Shown: positions 53,924-63,532, counted from the first letter of the stretch. The stretch is 64,000 nt of DNA from Gemmatimonadaceae bacterium (GCA_051859245.1 JBHYGA010000005.1:416001-480000); one strand, 5' to 3'. Program-made: numbers and translations. The notes: generated by a model not told the origin, from the letters alone.

Positions 53924-55128
53924 CAGTTCTTCCTCGATGTCGAGGTCGGGGCATCGCCTTCGAATAACTCAGGCGGCGTCACCGGTGGTGTAACGGGCGG
54001 TGTTGCTGCCGGTACGGCCATGGTGTCGGCCTGTGTGCTATCGACCGCGGTGCTGTCCATCATGGTGCTATCCATCATCATGCTGTCCATCATGGGCGCC
54101 ATTCCAGCGGCCGGCGCGAGGTACTTCGGGAAGCTGTCAGGCGACGTGCCCTGATAGCGACCGCGCAGGAACTCGGCCTGATCTGGTGTGAGCGTGTTCT
54201 GCGCCGGATACGACGCCACCAGTCCGTGCTTTTGTCCCCAGAGGTACCAGTTGTCGACCACCGTGCCCGTCAACAAGATGCCAATGCCGCCCGTGAACGT
54301 GGTGAGAACGGCGAACCACCAGGCCCAGCGATGGATCGACTCCATCGTGGCGTTGAAGCCCATCGTCCATCTCCAGAACAACATCGAGCGTTCGGCCGCG
54401 GTTCCGCGATCGGTGATCTGCTCGATTTCGCGTTCACCACCCATGCGGGCGACGGCGAGAATCGTGGCGCCGTGCATGGCGAAGAGCACCGCACTGCCAT
54501 ACAGGAACACAATCGACAGCGCGTGGAACGGATTGTAGTACAGGTTGCCGTAGCGAATCGAGAACGCGCTCGTCCAGTCGAGATGCGGGAAGATGCCGAA
54601 GGGCACCATCTCGCTCCAGCTTCCCACCAGCAATGGCTGGAAGAAGAACGACAGGTAGAGGAAGATCGCCGAGGCAAAGGCCCACGGCAGATGTGTTCCC
54701 ATGCCGAGTGCGCGTGCGCGCTGATACGTGCGAACCCACCAGAGCAGAATGCTGACGGTAAGGAAGAAACCCGCCATCAAGTACCAACCACCTTCGGCGA
54801 GCGGCGGCAAGCGCAGCCCGTACACCGGTGAGGGTGGCTCAAGCGCGAGCCACGGGAGTTGGCGAATGAACTCGACGGGATCCCAGCCCACCGACGCCAT
54901 CATGTTCAGACCAATGATCTCGAACGCGAGGAATCCGAAGACCAGTGACGCAATGCCTGCCCAGCCGAAATAGATCGGACCGATCTGCGCGTCACCGATG
55001 CGTCCGGCGAGGGATAACATCCACCCTTTACCGTATCGCGCGCCGGTGATGCCCGTGTCGACCGGTAAACCGGGATCGGGAGCGTGTCGGACCTGAACGC
55101 GTGTGAAGAGATTCTGATACTCAAGCAT
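53923..55128 (-). CDS. pufM: Reaction centre M subunit with long C-terminal extension
   Basis: EYQNLFT, NPFHALS, AMHGAT, RGTAAER, ESIHRW. Confidence 0.98.
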   Translation of the reverse strand: MLEYQNLFTRVQVRHAPDPGLPVDTGITGARYGKGWMLSLAGRIGDAQIGPIYFGWAGIASLVFGFLAFEIIGLNMMASVGWDPVEFIRQLPWLALEPPSPVYGLRLPPLAEGGWYLMAGFFLTVSILLWWVRTYQRARALGMGTHLPWAFASAIFLYLSFFFQPLLVGSWSEMVPFGIFPHLDWTSAFSIRYGNLYYNPFHALSIVFLYGSAVLFAMHGATILAVARMGGEREIEQITDRGTAAERSMLFWRWTMGFNATMESIHRWAWWFAVLTTFTGGIGILLTGTVVDNWYLWGQKHGLVASYPAQNTLTPDQAEFLRGRYQGTSPDSFPKYLAPAAGMAPMMDSMMMDSTMMDSTAVDSTQADTMAVPAATPPVTPPVTPPELFEGDAPTSTSRKN

Positions 55129-55139
55129 GATTCAGAGCC

Positions 55140-55970
55140 TCAGGCGCCAGGCCAAATGGGAAGGTTGAGCCACCAGCTCCACCACTCCGGCCAGCCCTTC
55201 GTCCAGAAGGGACCAGAGATAATGATGCAGATCGCGCTCCAGATCGATGCACTCACCGCGAGGAACAGACCGAGCCGGTGAATGCCGACCGCGCCGATCG
55301 AGTAGCCGACCAGGTCGCGGAAAAAGACGTTCTCATGTTCGCTGGTTTTCACCGGCTCACCCTTCTTGGGATTCGTCACCGACAGGATCAATGATCCGTG
55401 CATCGCGAGCGCGAGGCAGTTGGTGAAGAAGAAGGTGATGGCGATCATGTGCGCCGGATTGTAGTGGAAGTGGAGGTACTGATACCCCACGTTCGACACC
55501 CAATCGAGGTGCGAGAAAATGCCGTACGGGAAACCGTGTCCCCAGGCACCGAGCAGCATCGGGCGGAACACCACCAGCGTGACGTACGCGAAGACTGCCG
55601 CGCCGTAGGCCCAGGGGATGTGCATGCCCATGCCAAGCTTGCGACTGATTTCAGCTTGTCGCAGCGCCCAACTGAAGAAGGCGCCGATTGCGCAGACGGT
55701 CACGAGTTGCCACAACCCGCCTTCAGCGAGTGGCGCGAAACTCAGACCATATGAGATGTCGGGGGGCGCGATGTTGATCTGCCACAGATTCCACGTCGGG
55801 CCCATGGCTGCTCCCCACACCAGCAGGAGCGTGCCAAGCACGGCAAAGAAAATCGTTGTGACACCAAAGAAGCCCACATAGAACGGACCGAACCAGAAAT
55901 CAAAAAGATCTCCGCCGATCAGCGTTCCACCGCGGACTCGATATTTACGTTCGAAACTCAGGGTCGCCAT
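55140..55970 (-). CDS. pufL: Reaction centre L subunit
   Basis: [39 protein letters not shown]. Confidence 0.98.
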   Translation of the reverse strand: MATLSFERKYRVRGGTLIGGDLFDFWFGPFYVGFFGVTTIFFAVLGTLLLVWGAAMGPTWNLWQINIAPPDISYGLSFAPLAEGGLWQLVTVCAIGAFFSWALRQAEISRKLGMGMHIPWAYGAAVFAYVTLVVFRPMLLGAWGHGFPYGIFSHLDWVSNVGYQYLHFHYNPAHMIAITFFFTNCLALAMHGSLILSVTNPKKGEPVKTSEHENVFFRDLVGYSIGAVGIHRLGLFLAVSASIWSAICIIISGPFWTKGWPEWWSWWLNLPIWPGA

Positions 55971-56045
55971 GGACTATGTCTCCGAGGCGTGCAACAGGCG
56001 CGCGTGCGGCATGGGAAGAAACGATGTAGAAGGGGTACCGTGGGC

Positions 56046-56089
56046 GCGGGAACCGGGATCGGCCAGACACGGCCGATGCCCGGTCCCGC
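56046..56089. promoter_or_regulatory. pufA-pufL intercistronic stem-loop
   Basis: GCGGG-A-ACCGGG-ATCGGCC / AGACAC / GGCCGAT-G-CCCGGT-CCCGC. Confidence 0.7.
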
Positions 56090-56111
56090 CCCGCGGACGC
56101 AACTGCTGGGC

Positions 56112-56327
56112 TTAGCGCCCCGGCGGAAGCGGCGACATTTCAGCCGCTGCAGACACTGCGGAGCCCCCGATGGGTGCCTCCGAGGCCGTCAGCGTTCCGT
56201 TGTCAATCCACGAGTAACGCTGCGATCCGAGCAGGATGAAGTGAATGATGAACGCCAAAAGGCCAAGGAAGCCAAAGAGCGCTATCATCACGCGTCGCGG
56301 GTCGAATGCCAGCCAAATTCTATGCAT
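56112..56327 (-). CDS. pufA: Light-harvesting alpha subunit, LH1 type (71 aa)
   Basis: MHRIWLAFDPRR...IHFILL..QRYSW. Confidence 0.93.
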   Translation of the reverse strand: MHRIWLAFDPRRVMIALFGFLGLLAFIIHFILLGSQRYSWIDNGTLTASEAPIGGSAVSAAAEMSPLPPGR

Positions 56328-56336
56328 GGCTTCTCC

Positions 56337-56501
56337 CTAGCGGGTGGCTGCTGCCGACGATGAATACTTTGCGATGGTGCTACCCGGATAATCAACAACC
56401 CGGAAGGCAAAGAGGTGAATGACGAGCACGGTGCCGGCGATGAACGAGCCTAGCACTGATAATACGATGTGGGGATCGAGCCCCACCCAGAGGCGATGCA
56501 T
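56337..56501 (-). CDS. pufA: Second light-harvesting alpha subunit, outer-ring (LHh) type (54 aa; not in ORF track)
   Basis: Hand translation MHRLWVGLDPHIVLSVLGSFIAGTVLVIHLFAFRVVDYPGSTIAKYSSSAAATR; AAGGAG RBS. Confidence 0.88.
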   Translation of the reverse strand: MHRLWVGLDPHIVLSVLGSFIAGTVLVIHLFAFRVVDYPGSTIAKYSSSAAATR

Positions 56502-56547
56502 ACAATGCTCCTTTTACAAGCTGAGAAGGGAAGGAAAAGGGCTCAAC

Positions 56548-56685
56548 TCAGAGCCACGGACGCCAGCCCCACGCCAGCAAATGCGCGCCAACTGCGGTCA
56601 GCACGAATGCTGACATTCCCATGATGAAATAGCCGTGGAACGCACGGGCCTCTTCATCATTCATGCCGCCTTTGTTCTCGATCAT
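56548..56685 (-). CDS. pufB: Light-harvesting beta subunit (45 aa; not in ORF track)
   Basis: Hand translation MIENKGGMNDEEARAFHGYFIMGMSAFVLTAVGAHLLAWGWRPWL; GGGAGG RBS. Confidence 0.95.
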   Translation of the reverse strand: MIENKGGMNDEEARAFHGYFIMGMSAFVLTAVGAHLLAWGWRPWL

Positions 56686-56781
56686 CGTTCCTCCCAATTG
56701 GGACGAGACTGCCGCGACATCCCTCGCGGCACGGGTAGGAGCCCCTCGAAGCGGGACCGCCTGTGACCTGTTCCAACAGGC

Positions 56782-56825
56782 TGTAAACTGTGCGTTACAC
56801 TCGAAACCGTCAAGTTTTATTTACG
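56782..56825. promoter_or_regulatory. Tandem PpsR operators in the pufB/bchO divergent promoter
   Basis: TGTAAACTGTGCGTTACA 56782-56799, 8-bp spacer, variant CGTCAAGTTTTATTTACG 56808-56825. Confidence 0.8.
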
Positions 56826-56868
56826 CTTTTTCGCAACTTTTCTTCCAAGTGTCACGTTCGACCATCCT

Positions 56869-57774
56869 ATGACCGCAACAATTCCGACTAATTGGCCGAA
56901 TTCGCGCCATAGCAGGCGGCAAATGGCCGGTGGCGTGGACTGGCACGTGCAAATCGCCGGCGAGGTTGACGCGGCTCGGCCGATCGTGCTGCTGCTCCAC
57001 GGCACGGGCGGCAGCACGCATGAGTGGGCCGACGTACTGCCGGAGCTGGCCAAAAGCGCGCTGGTGGTCGCGCCCGACCTGCCCGGACACGGCTTCAGTG
57101 CGATGCTACCGGCGGGCGCGGCGGCCGCAAGCCGTGAGGCCGACACGGCCAATCCCCTGTCACTGCCGGGCATGTCCGCGGCCGTTTCCGCGCTGCTCTC
57201 TTCATTACAGTGCACACCGCACGTCATCGTGGGGCATTCGGCCGGCGCCGCGGTGGCCCTGCGCATGACCATTGACGGTTTGGTGACGCCTCGGGCCATA
57301 GTTGGTCTCAACCCTGCATTGATTCCGCCGCCGGACTTCTGGGTGGACATCCTGGCGCCCTTTACCAGTTTTTTTGTGGAATCGTCCTGGCTGGCCCGCG
57401 GCGCGGCCTGGGTGGCGCAGCAGGGCGGGGTGGCGCATCAGATGCTCGCCTCCAGCGGCGCCACGCTCACCGCCGACCAACTCGCCCGCTACGCCACGCT
57501 CTTCGCCATGCCGTCCCACTGCGCGGCGGCACTCGGCATGATGAACCGCTGGAACCTGCCGCAGCTCGGGCGGGACGCGGTGTCGCTTGCAGTGCCGTTC
57601 ACGGCGTACGCGGGGGATAACGACAAGTGGGTGCCCACCGAGGCGCTGGCGCGGCAGCTCGAGCGGATACCGACGGCCGAGTTGGTGAGGGTGCCGGGGG
57701 CGGGGCATCTGCTGCCCGAGGAGCGGCCGGCGCTTGTTATAGATGCAGTGCGGCGGGTGCTCGGTGCGGGGTGA
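56869..57774 (+). CDS. bchO: Alpha/beta hydrolase BchO
   Basis: WPN, WHVQ, LLHGTG, PDLPGHGFS, GHSAG, GHL; PGC context. Confidence 0.88.
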   Translation: MTATIPTNWPNSRHSRRQMAGGVDWHVQIAGEVDAARPIVLLLHGTGGSTHEWADVLPELAKSALVVAPDLPGHGFSAMLPAGAAAASREADTANPLSLPGMSAAVSALLSSLQCTPHVIVGHSAGAAVALRMTIDGLVTPRAIVGLNPALIPPPDFWVDILAPFTSFFVESSWLARGAAWVAQQGGVAHQMLASSGATLTADQLARYATLFAMPSHCAAALGMMNRWNLPQLGRDAVSLAVPFTAYAGDNDKWVPTEALARQLERIPTAELVRVPGAGHLLPEERPALVIDAVRRVLGAG

Positions 57775-57792
57775 CGGTCTAGGGCTGACTGC

Positions 57793-58057
57793 AACTGCTT
57801 TCACCACGGAGTCGCGAATGCGCGCGGTACTCCGTGCCTCCGCGACTCCTGGTAAATGCAGTTCACGGAACCGCGAGTTCGCTGCGGCGTGCGGGATCGG
57901 AACAGCATTTGACACAGAGACGCAGAGGCGCAGAGACCGCATGCGACGTCAGGCGACGACTTCGCACTGCGGCGTTGCACTTTTTTTGAGTGTGTTGGGC
58001 CGCGATTCCGCGTGAACAGGCAGCCTCTGCGACTCTGCGACTCTGCGTTATGCAGTT
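57793..58057. repeat. Palindromic element D (composite, related to element A)
   Basis: AACTGCTTTCACCACGGAGTCGCG / CGCGACTCCTGGTAAATGCAGTT; AACAGCATTTGACACAGAGACGCAGAGGCGCAGAGAC / CTCTGCGACTCTGCGACTCTGCGTTATGCAGTT. Confidence 0.82.
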
Positions 58058-58093
58058 CCGATCTCTGTCGGCCGCCGGCGATACGCACCGCTG

Positions 58094-59626
58094 TTACCGA
58101 AACAGCTCCGTCGCCAGGCGAGCGTCATGCCCATACACGTCATCACGAAAGTGCAGCTGCCCCGCACGATCCACCCACGACGTGAAGTACTCAATCAGCA
58201 CCGGCCGTGCATCGGTGAGCTGCACCGCCGTTTCGGTGCCACTCAGCATGACCTCACGAATACGTTCCGCCGGCCACGCTGAATCGTTGCGCAGCAAATA
58301 CTCGGCGAGTTTGCGCGGTTCACTGAGCCGGATACAGCCGTGGCTGAACGCACGCTGATCGCGCGCAAAGTTCGCCTGGCTGGGCGTGTCGTGCATGTAA
58401 ATGAGATAACTGTTCGGGAACAGAAATTTCACACGACCTAACGCGTTGTTCGGGCCCGGCATCTGGCGAACCACCGGCAAGGCCTCCGTACCGCCAATGA
58501 TCTCCATGTTGTTCTTGCGGAGATACTCGGGGTCACGCGCAATCGCCGGCAGAATTTCGCGGCTGGTGATGCTCTCCGGCACCGTCCAGGTGGGGCTCAT
58601 CACCACCGTTTTCAGGATCGACGAAAAAATCACCGTGCTGGTGGCTTCGGCGCCGGCCACAACGCGCATGTTCATGACCTCACGGTCATCTTCGAACACG
58701 GTGAGTTTGTAATCCGGAATATTGACCACGAGCGCATTGGGTGCCTGCACCTCGGGCACCCACCGCAGTCGCTCCATATTCACCAGCAATGTGCGCATGC
58801 GTGTCGCGGGCGACACGTTCAACGCGCGAACATATCCCGCACCGATGACGCCGTCGGGATCGAGCCCGTGTCGCGACTGTGTGAGTTGTACCGCGCGCAC
58901 CAACGCACTGTCGTATATGGTCGACGTATCGGTGCCGGTAAGATCACCGAGCAACCGCATGCGTTCGCGAATCGCCGGAATCACGAGTGCGGTATCACCC
59001 GGCTTGATGCTGCGTGTTTTCGCCGGCAGCGCGAGCTCAGGCCATGGCAGCGCCGATATGGGGCGCAGGCGACGCAGTGCATCGCGCAAGAGCGGATACT
59101 GCGGATGGGTGGGTTCGTACGCCGCGAGATCCATCGCCCCCACGGCCAGCGAGTCCATGAACTTCGCAATGTCTTTCTTCGCGCGCGGAATGAACCAGTT
59201 CAGATCACGCGTATTGCCGCGAAAGTTGCCATTGTAGTTGCGTTCGGCGAAGCGGAAGAACTCCGCCGTGAGTCGCAGCTCAACATCTGCGGCGCAGCCG
59301 TCGCACACCACTGCGCCCACGCTGTCAGCGTACGCGGACAGATCGCCGAGCGCGATGAATGCCATGGCATTTTCGCTCAGCGAATCGCGTACATACCACG
59401 CGAACTGCATGTCGCGTCGCGTATAAAAGTCGGCGAGACGCGTGGAATCGGCACGAAAGTCAGGATGGCGCTCAATAAACGTGCGCAGCGATGTGGTATC
59501 GAGCCGTTGCGCGCTGTAGGGCACGTCTGTCTCGAACACCGACGCGATATCGTCCACGTTGGTGGCCGGTGCGGGCTTGTCGCGTGAGCAGCCGGTGATG
59601 ACTAGCGCCGCGAGCACCGCGAACAT
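58094..59626 (-). CDS. L,D-transpeptidase lipoprotein (YcbB/LdtD-like)
   Basis: Lipobox ITGC; PG-binding HGLDPDGVIG; NALGRVKF, YMHDTP, SHGCIRL; start uncertain. Confidence 0.9.
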   Translation of the reverse strand: MFAVLAALVITGCSRDKPAPATNVDDIASVFETDVPYSAQRLDTTSLRTFIERHPDFRADSTRLADFYTRRDMQFAWYVRDSLSENAMAFIALGDLSAYADSVGAVVCDGCAADVELRLTAEFFRFAERNYNGNFRGNTRDLNWFIPRAKKDIAKFMDSLAVGAMDLAAYEPTHPQYPLLRDALRRLRPISALPWPELALPAKTRSIKPGDTALVIPAIRERMRLLGDLTGTDTSTIYDSALVRAVQLTQSRHGLDPDGVIGAGYVRALNVSPATRMRTLLVNMERLRWVPEVQAPNALVVNIPDYKLTVFEDDREVMNMRVVAGAEATSTVIFSSILKTVVMSPTWTVPESITSREILPAIARDPEYLRKNNMEIIGGTEALPVVRQMPGPNNALGRVKFLFPNSYLIYMHDTPSQANFARDQRAFSHGCIRLSEPRKLAEYLLRNDSAWPAERIREVMLSGTETAVQLTDARPVLIEYFTSWVDRAGQLHFRDDVYGHDARLATELFR

Positions 59627-60101
59627 GGTGCCGCGCGACGCTCGTACCGTGCTCACCAGTCTCACACGGCGACCTGCGATTCCTCGTGCGTTACGACGCA
59701 TGCACAAACTTCAGGCCGCCATTGGCGAGAGGGGACATCATCCGGTGCCTTGACCGAGGGCTAGTTACGTTTGCAGCATGAGCTCTTCCTCATCCATGCC
59801 GTTTGGTGAACGCGCACGCTGAGTTCTGGTGCCCACGGGTACATAACGACCCACGAGTGCAGGCGATACGGGGAAATGTGATACGCGTTACCGATTGCGA
59901 AGTGAGCCTTTCGCCGGCCGATGATGCGGGGCGTTCGTAACTCGCGTCACCATATCGTATTGCACACAATGAGTAGCTCCCTCGGTCGATAGTAATGCGC
60001 ACGCGGTTCCACCTAGGTTGGCGTGAGAGTATCTGCGCCGACGTTCGTCAGCCCGTCTGCGTGGTGTCATTGGCTGGCCCGACGACTGGAGCACCACCTC
60101 G

Positions 60102-60884
60102 ATGGCGAACGAACGCGAAGTCCTCTTTACCAGAGGCGATCAACTGCTGGTCAGCACGTCACGCCGCTCCTTCCTGCAAGTGCTGGGATTGGGCGGCGTT
60201 GTGGTACTGCTGCCGTCCATGTTTGCCGCGTGCGGAGACGACGGGGAAGACATCACGAATCCTCCCACCACATCACCGTATCGTCTGGATCTCTCCACCG
60301 ACACGGGCATTCTGAACTACGCGTACGCGCTCGAGCAGCTCGAAGCGGCGTACTATACGAGTGCAATTACGTCAGCCGGCTTTGCGGCGCTCTCAGTCGC
60401 CGAGCAGGAAGTGTTGAGCGATTTGCAAAAGCACGAGGTGATTCACCGCGAGTTTCTCAAACAAGTGCTCGGCTCGGCGGCGATTCCAAACATTGTCTTC
60501 AACACCACAACGGTTGGCACGCTCACCGCGAGCCGTGCGGTGCTGCTCAGTACCTCGCAGTTGCTGGAAGACACGGGCGTGGCCGCGTACAACGGCGCCG
60601 GCAAGTATCTCACCAGCGCGGCGAATCTGCTGGTGGCGGGAAAGATCGTGTCAGTGGAAGCGCGACACTCAGCGGCCATTCGCGATATCCGCGATGGCAA
60701 CAACGGCCGCCTGTTCGCGGGCGATGATGTGGTGAATGCGAGTGGTCTTGATGTAAAGGCCGAGCCCGATACGACGCTGACGGCTGTGGGTGGTCTCAAT
60801 GTGGTGACGAGCGCGCTGTCGATCGGCACGCTTCCGAATCAGAGCCGTCGCACGCCCGATCAGACCGCACCCACGCCCACGTGA
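60102..60884 (+). CDS. Ferritin-like domain lipoprotein with Tat signal
   Basis: SRRSFL, FAAC lipobox; ALEQLE, HEVIH, LEDTGV, VEARH. Confidence 0.85.
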   Translation: MANEREVLFTRGDQLLVSTSRRSFLQVLGLGGVVVLLPSMFAACGDDGEDITNPPTTSPYRLDLSTDTGILNYAYALEQLEAAYYTSAITSAGFAALSVAEQEVLSDLQKHEVIHREFLKQVLGSAAIPNIVFNTTTVGTLTASRAVLLSTSQLLEDTGVAAYNGAGKYLTSAANLLVAGKIVSVEARHSAAIRDIRDGNNGRLFAGDDVVNASGLDVKAEPDTTLTAVGGLNVVTSALSIGTLPNQSRRTPDQTAPTPT

Positions 60885-60913
60885 ACATCGTCACCGACCA
60901 GGAGATATTCCGC

Positions 60914-61888
60914 ATGACCACAAACACCACGATTCTCGACGGCGTCGATCCAGAGATCGCGTCTGACGTTGCTGTTCGCGCCGATGAAGTTGCACGCGGC
61001 GCGTCCACGTCCTCTGCATTGACCGCCGCACTCGCGCTCGGATCGATTCCGGTGGCGATGGCCGCGTTGAGTCGCGATGTATACGCGCAGGGCACATTGC
61101 CCGCGAACATCAAAGGCGTGCTCGATTTTGCATTGGCGCTGGAGATCTTTGAAAACGAGTTCTACAAGGCGGTGCTTGGTACGAGTGCGGTCGCGGCGTT
61201 GAACACCGCGTTCGCGCCGGTTCGTGCACTCGCGGCCGCTGTTCCCGGTGCCGTGGCAACGCTGCAGCAGATTCAGAAGCACGAAGCCGCCCACGTGGCC
61301 ACCTTGCTCGCGACCGGTGCGACCAACGTGTTCAACTTGACGGCGGCGAGCTTTGATTTCACGGGCAATCGCAGCGCCACTGGTGGTGGCCCGTTTGCCG
61401 AGGCGACCACCAATCTGGCGTTCCTGCTGCAGGTCGCGCAGGGAGTGGAAGACACCGGCGTTCGTGCGTACAAGGGGCAGGCGGCGAACTTGATGTCGAA
61501 CTCCGCGATCCTCGAAGCAGCGCTGCGCATTCACTCTGTGGAAGCACGACATGCGGCGCGCATTCGGCGCATGCGTCGTGCCGCGGCTGGTGCGCCAAAC
61601 GATGTTCGTTGGAGCGGCACTGTACGCGGTGGCGAACGTGCGGCCGCTGGTGGCACAACACTCGGCACGCTGAATCCTACGGTTGTGGGTCAGGCGTTTG
61701 ACAAAATGTACGGTGCCGGTGCAAGTGCGCCGTCGGAGTCAAACATCATTCATGCCGGCGTAAACGTGAGCGCACTGGCAGGTGCGACCTTTGGTGCAGA
61801 AGCGGCGCAGGAAGCGTTTGACGAACCGTTGGATCGTGCCGATGTGGTGGCCATCGTGCAGCCGTTCTTTATCCCAACGATCAGCTGA
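60914..61888 (+). CDS. Ferritin-like domain protein (paired paralog)
   Basis: ALEIFE, HEAAH, VEDTGVRAYKGQ, IHSVEARH, EAFDEPL. Confidence 0.85.
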   Translation: MTTNTTILDGVDPEIASDVAVRADEVARGASTSSALTAALALGSIPVAMAALSRDVYAQGTLPANIKGVLDFALALEIFENEFYKAVLGTSAVAALNTAFAPVRALAAAVPGAVATLQQIQKHEAAHVATLLATGATNVFNLTAASFDFTGNRSATGGGPFAEATTNLAFLLQVAQGVEDTGVRAYKGQAANLMSNSAILEAALRIHSVEARHAARIRRMRRAAAGAPNDVRWSGTVRGGERAAAGGTTLGTLNPTVVGQAFDKMYGAGASAPSESNIIHAGVNVSALAGATFGAEAAQEAFDEPLDRADVVAIVQPFFIPTIS

Positions 61889-61911
61889 TCACGCGGTAAC
61901 GGATGCACACA

Positions 61912-61949
61912 CAAACGGGGATGACATCACATGGTGTCATCCCCGTTTG
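61912..61949. terminator. Hairpin between convergent genes, probable bidirectional terminator
   Basis: CAAACGGGGATGACA / TGTCATCCCCGTTTG, 15-bp perfect stem. Confidence 0.75.
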
Positions 61950-61967
61950 CTGATCGTCTCCCGTTCT

Positions 61968-62771
61968 CTAGGGCACGTTCATGGTCTGCAGTTCCATCGT
62001 CAGCGTGGCCACGCTCACCTTGGCACGTACGCGCAGCGGGATGTGTCGCGGGTCATCGGAAAACCATACCTCCGCGTCGCCGCCCTCGCTGAACAGCCCC
62101 TTGGTACGAATGATCGGCTTCACCACGACCGCATTAAAGCTGCCCGCCGGCACCGTGATGCGTTCGGTGCGCAGTACACGCACCGACACGGGATTGCCGT
62201 CGGCCTTGAAGTAACGCGAGGCGGTGTACACGTCACCCACCTTGAGTGGCAACGTGCGAATGAAATAAATGAACGACACGTCGTCGAGCGGAATGTTCGA
62301 CGCGAGCGTGCCGCTGTCGGCGGGATTGGCAATGTTCACGTACTGCATCTGCTCTGGCAGAAAGTCGTACGTTTTGTCGCGCTCGTATCCGGTCTGATCC
62401 AGCTTCTGTTCAAAACGTCGTGCAAAACCTGCGCGCGTGTCGAGCCAGGAGCGCTGCACATCGTTAATGCCAAACACCGCTACGCTGCCACGCGTGCGAA
62501 ACGCGAGCTTGAGCGTTTGATGTCCGTGCACGCGCTCGAGCGCTTCCACGGCGAGTGACGCGTTGCCACTGCCGCTGATGAACCCCCACTTCACCTGCAG
62601 GCGAAAATCAAACTTTTCGCCGACCTTGAAGGGAAGGGTGTTGGTGTCCGTGAGTGCGTTCGTGGCGTTCGCCGGTGAGATGGCGTTCTGCGACGCCGCA
62701 AGGTTCGGCGACAGCAGCAGCGAGGCGAGTATCGTGGTGCCCACGGCGGCGTGGACAGTCAGTTTGCGCAT
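61968..62771 (-). CDS. DUF3108-like exported protein
   Basis: Signal peptide; PFKVGE, ERITVPAGSF, VWFSDDPRHIPLR. Confidence 0.75.
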   Translation of the reverse strand: MRKLTVHAAVGTTILASLLLSPNLAASQNAISPANATNALTDTNTLPFKVGEKFDFRLQVKWGFISGSGNASLAVEALERVHGHQTLKLAFRTRGSVAVFGINDVQRSWLDTRAGFARRFEQKLDQTGYERDKTYDFLPEQMQYVNIANPADSGTLASNIPLDDVSFIYFIRTLPLKVGDVYTASRYFKADGNPVSVRVLRTERITVPAGSFNAVVVKPIIRTKGLFSEGGDAEVWFSDDPRHIPLRVRAKVSVATLTMELQTMNVP

Positions 62772-62828
62772 ACCGAAAAGTAAAGGAGTGTCGCCCAAGT
62801 TGTGTGTCGCGCTTGATCCCTTTTGGTC

Positions 62829-62867
62829 GGGTTGTCACTTGACAACCCAACTTCTCGCAATGATACT
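62829..62867 (+). promoter_or_regulatory. Promoter with overlapping palindromic operator
   Basis: GGGTTGTCA-CT-TGACAACCC 62829-62848 covering TTGACA (-35), 17 nt, GATACT (-10). Confidence 0.7.
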
Positions 62868-62891
62868 AAAGCTGCGTCATGGGTCGTCGAT

Positions 62892-63002
62892 CGCATCTGC
62901 ATTGCCAGTATCTGGAGTACCCCGCGAAATGCGAAAAATCACGCGCGCCAGTTGCGGCGTGTCGTCGACAACTGTGTGTTGAAGAATGATTCGCGAACGT
63001 GA
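62892..63002 (+). pseudogene. Remnant (3' half) of a small HicA-like toxin gene
   Basis: Hand translation RICIASIWSTPRNAKNHARQLRRVVDNC; no ATG or N-terminal half in frame. Confidence 0.6.
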
Positions 63003-63022
63003 TGCCCAGGAACGGTGCGACC

Positions 63023-63532
63023 ATGGAGTACACATTCACACTCATCTACCAGCTGGGCAACGCGTTCGTCGATCCTGACGCGCTGGTAGAACAGCTCGGC
63101 AGCGCTGGCTGCGATGATGCGCTCGTTGGCCTGGGCCAACCCGGGCGTGTTTCGCTGGAGTTTATCCGCGACGCGCCCAACGCGCAGGCCGCCATCAAGA
63201 GTGCTATTGCCGACGTAAAGCGTGCCTTGCCCGATGCTGCACTGATTGAGGCGGCGCCTGATCTCGTTGGCATCACCGACGTTGCACAAATCACCGGCGT
63301 GACGCGTCAGAATATTCGGAAGCTGATGCTCACACATGCTGGAACGTTGCCGGCGCCCATACACGCGGGCACGCTGTCGCTCTGGCACCTCTCCGACGTG
63401 TTGACCTGGCTCGGAGAGCATGTGGGATACAAGTTCCCGAGCACGACGTTAGAAGTCGCGCGTGCAGCGGAGCGTGTGAATGTCACGAAAGAAGCACTGC
63501 GAATCGGGCGGCGCCCCGTATCCCGCGCTTAG
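63023..63532 (+). CDS. HTH DNA-binding protein, putative antitoxin
   Basis: MEYTFTL...GCDDALVGLG.PG...EAAPDLVGITDVAQITGVTRQNIRKL (HTH). Confidence 0.75.
   Translation: MEYTFTLIYQLGNAFVDPDALVEQLGSAGCDDALVGLGQPGRVSLEFIRDAPNAQAAIKSAIADVKRALPDAALIEAAPDLVGITDVAQITGVTRQNIRKLMLTHAGTLPAPIHAGTLSLWHLSDVLTWLGEHVGYKFPSTTLEVARAAERVNVTKEALRIGRRPVSRA

Noticed and set aside
56762..56778. Third PpsR site upstream of pufB
   Set aside because: Spacing is TGT-N11-ACA, not N12
59710..60100. Possible ncRNA or riboswitch in the intergenic gap
   Set aside because: No recognisable conserved motif by eye; would need a covariance-model search
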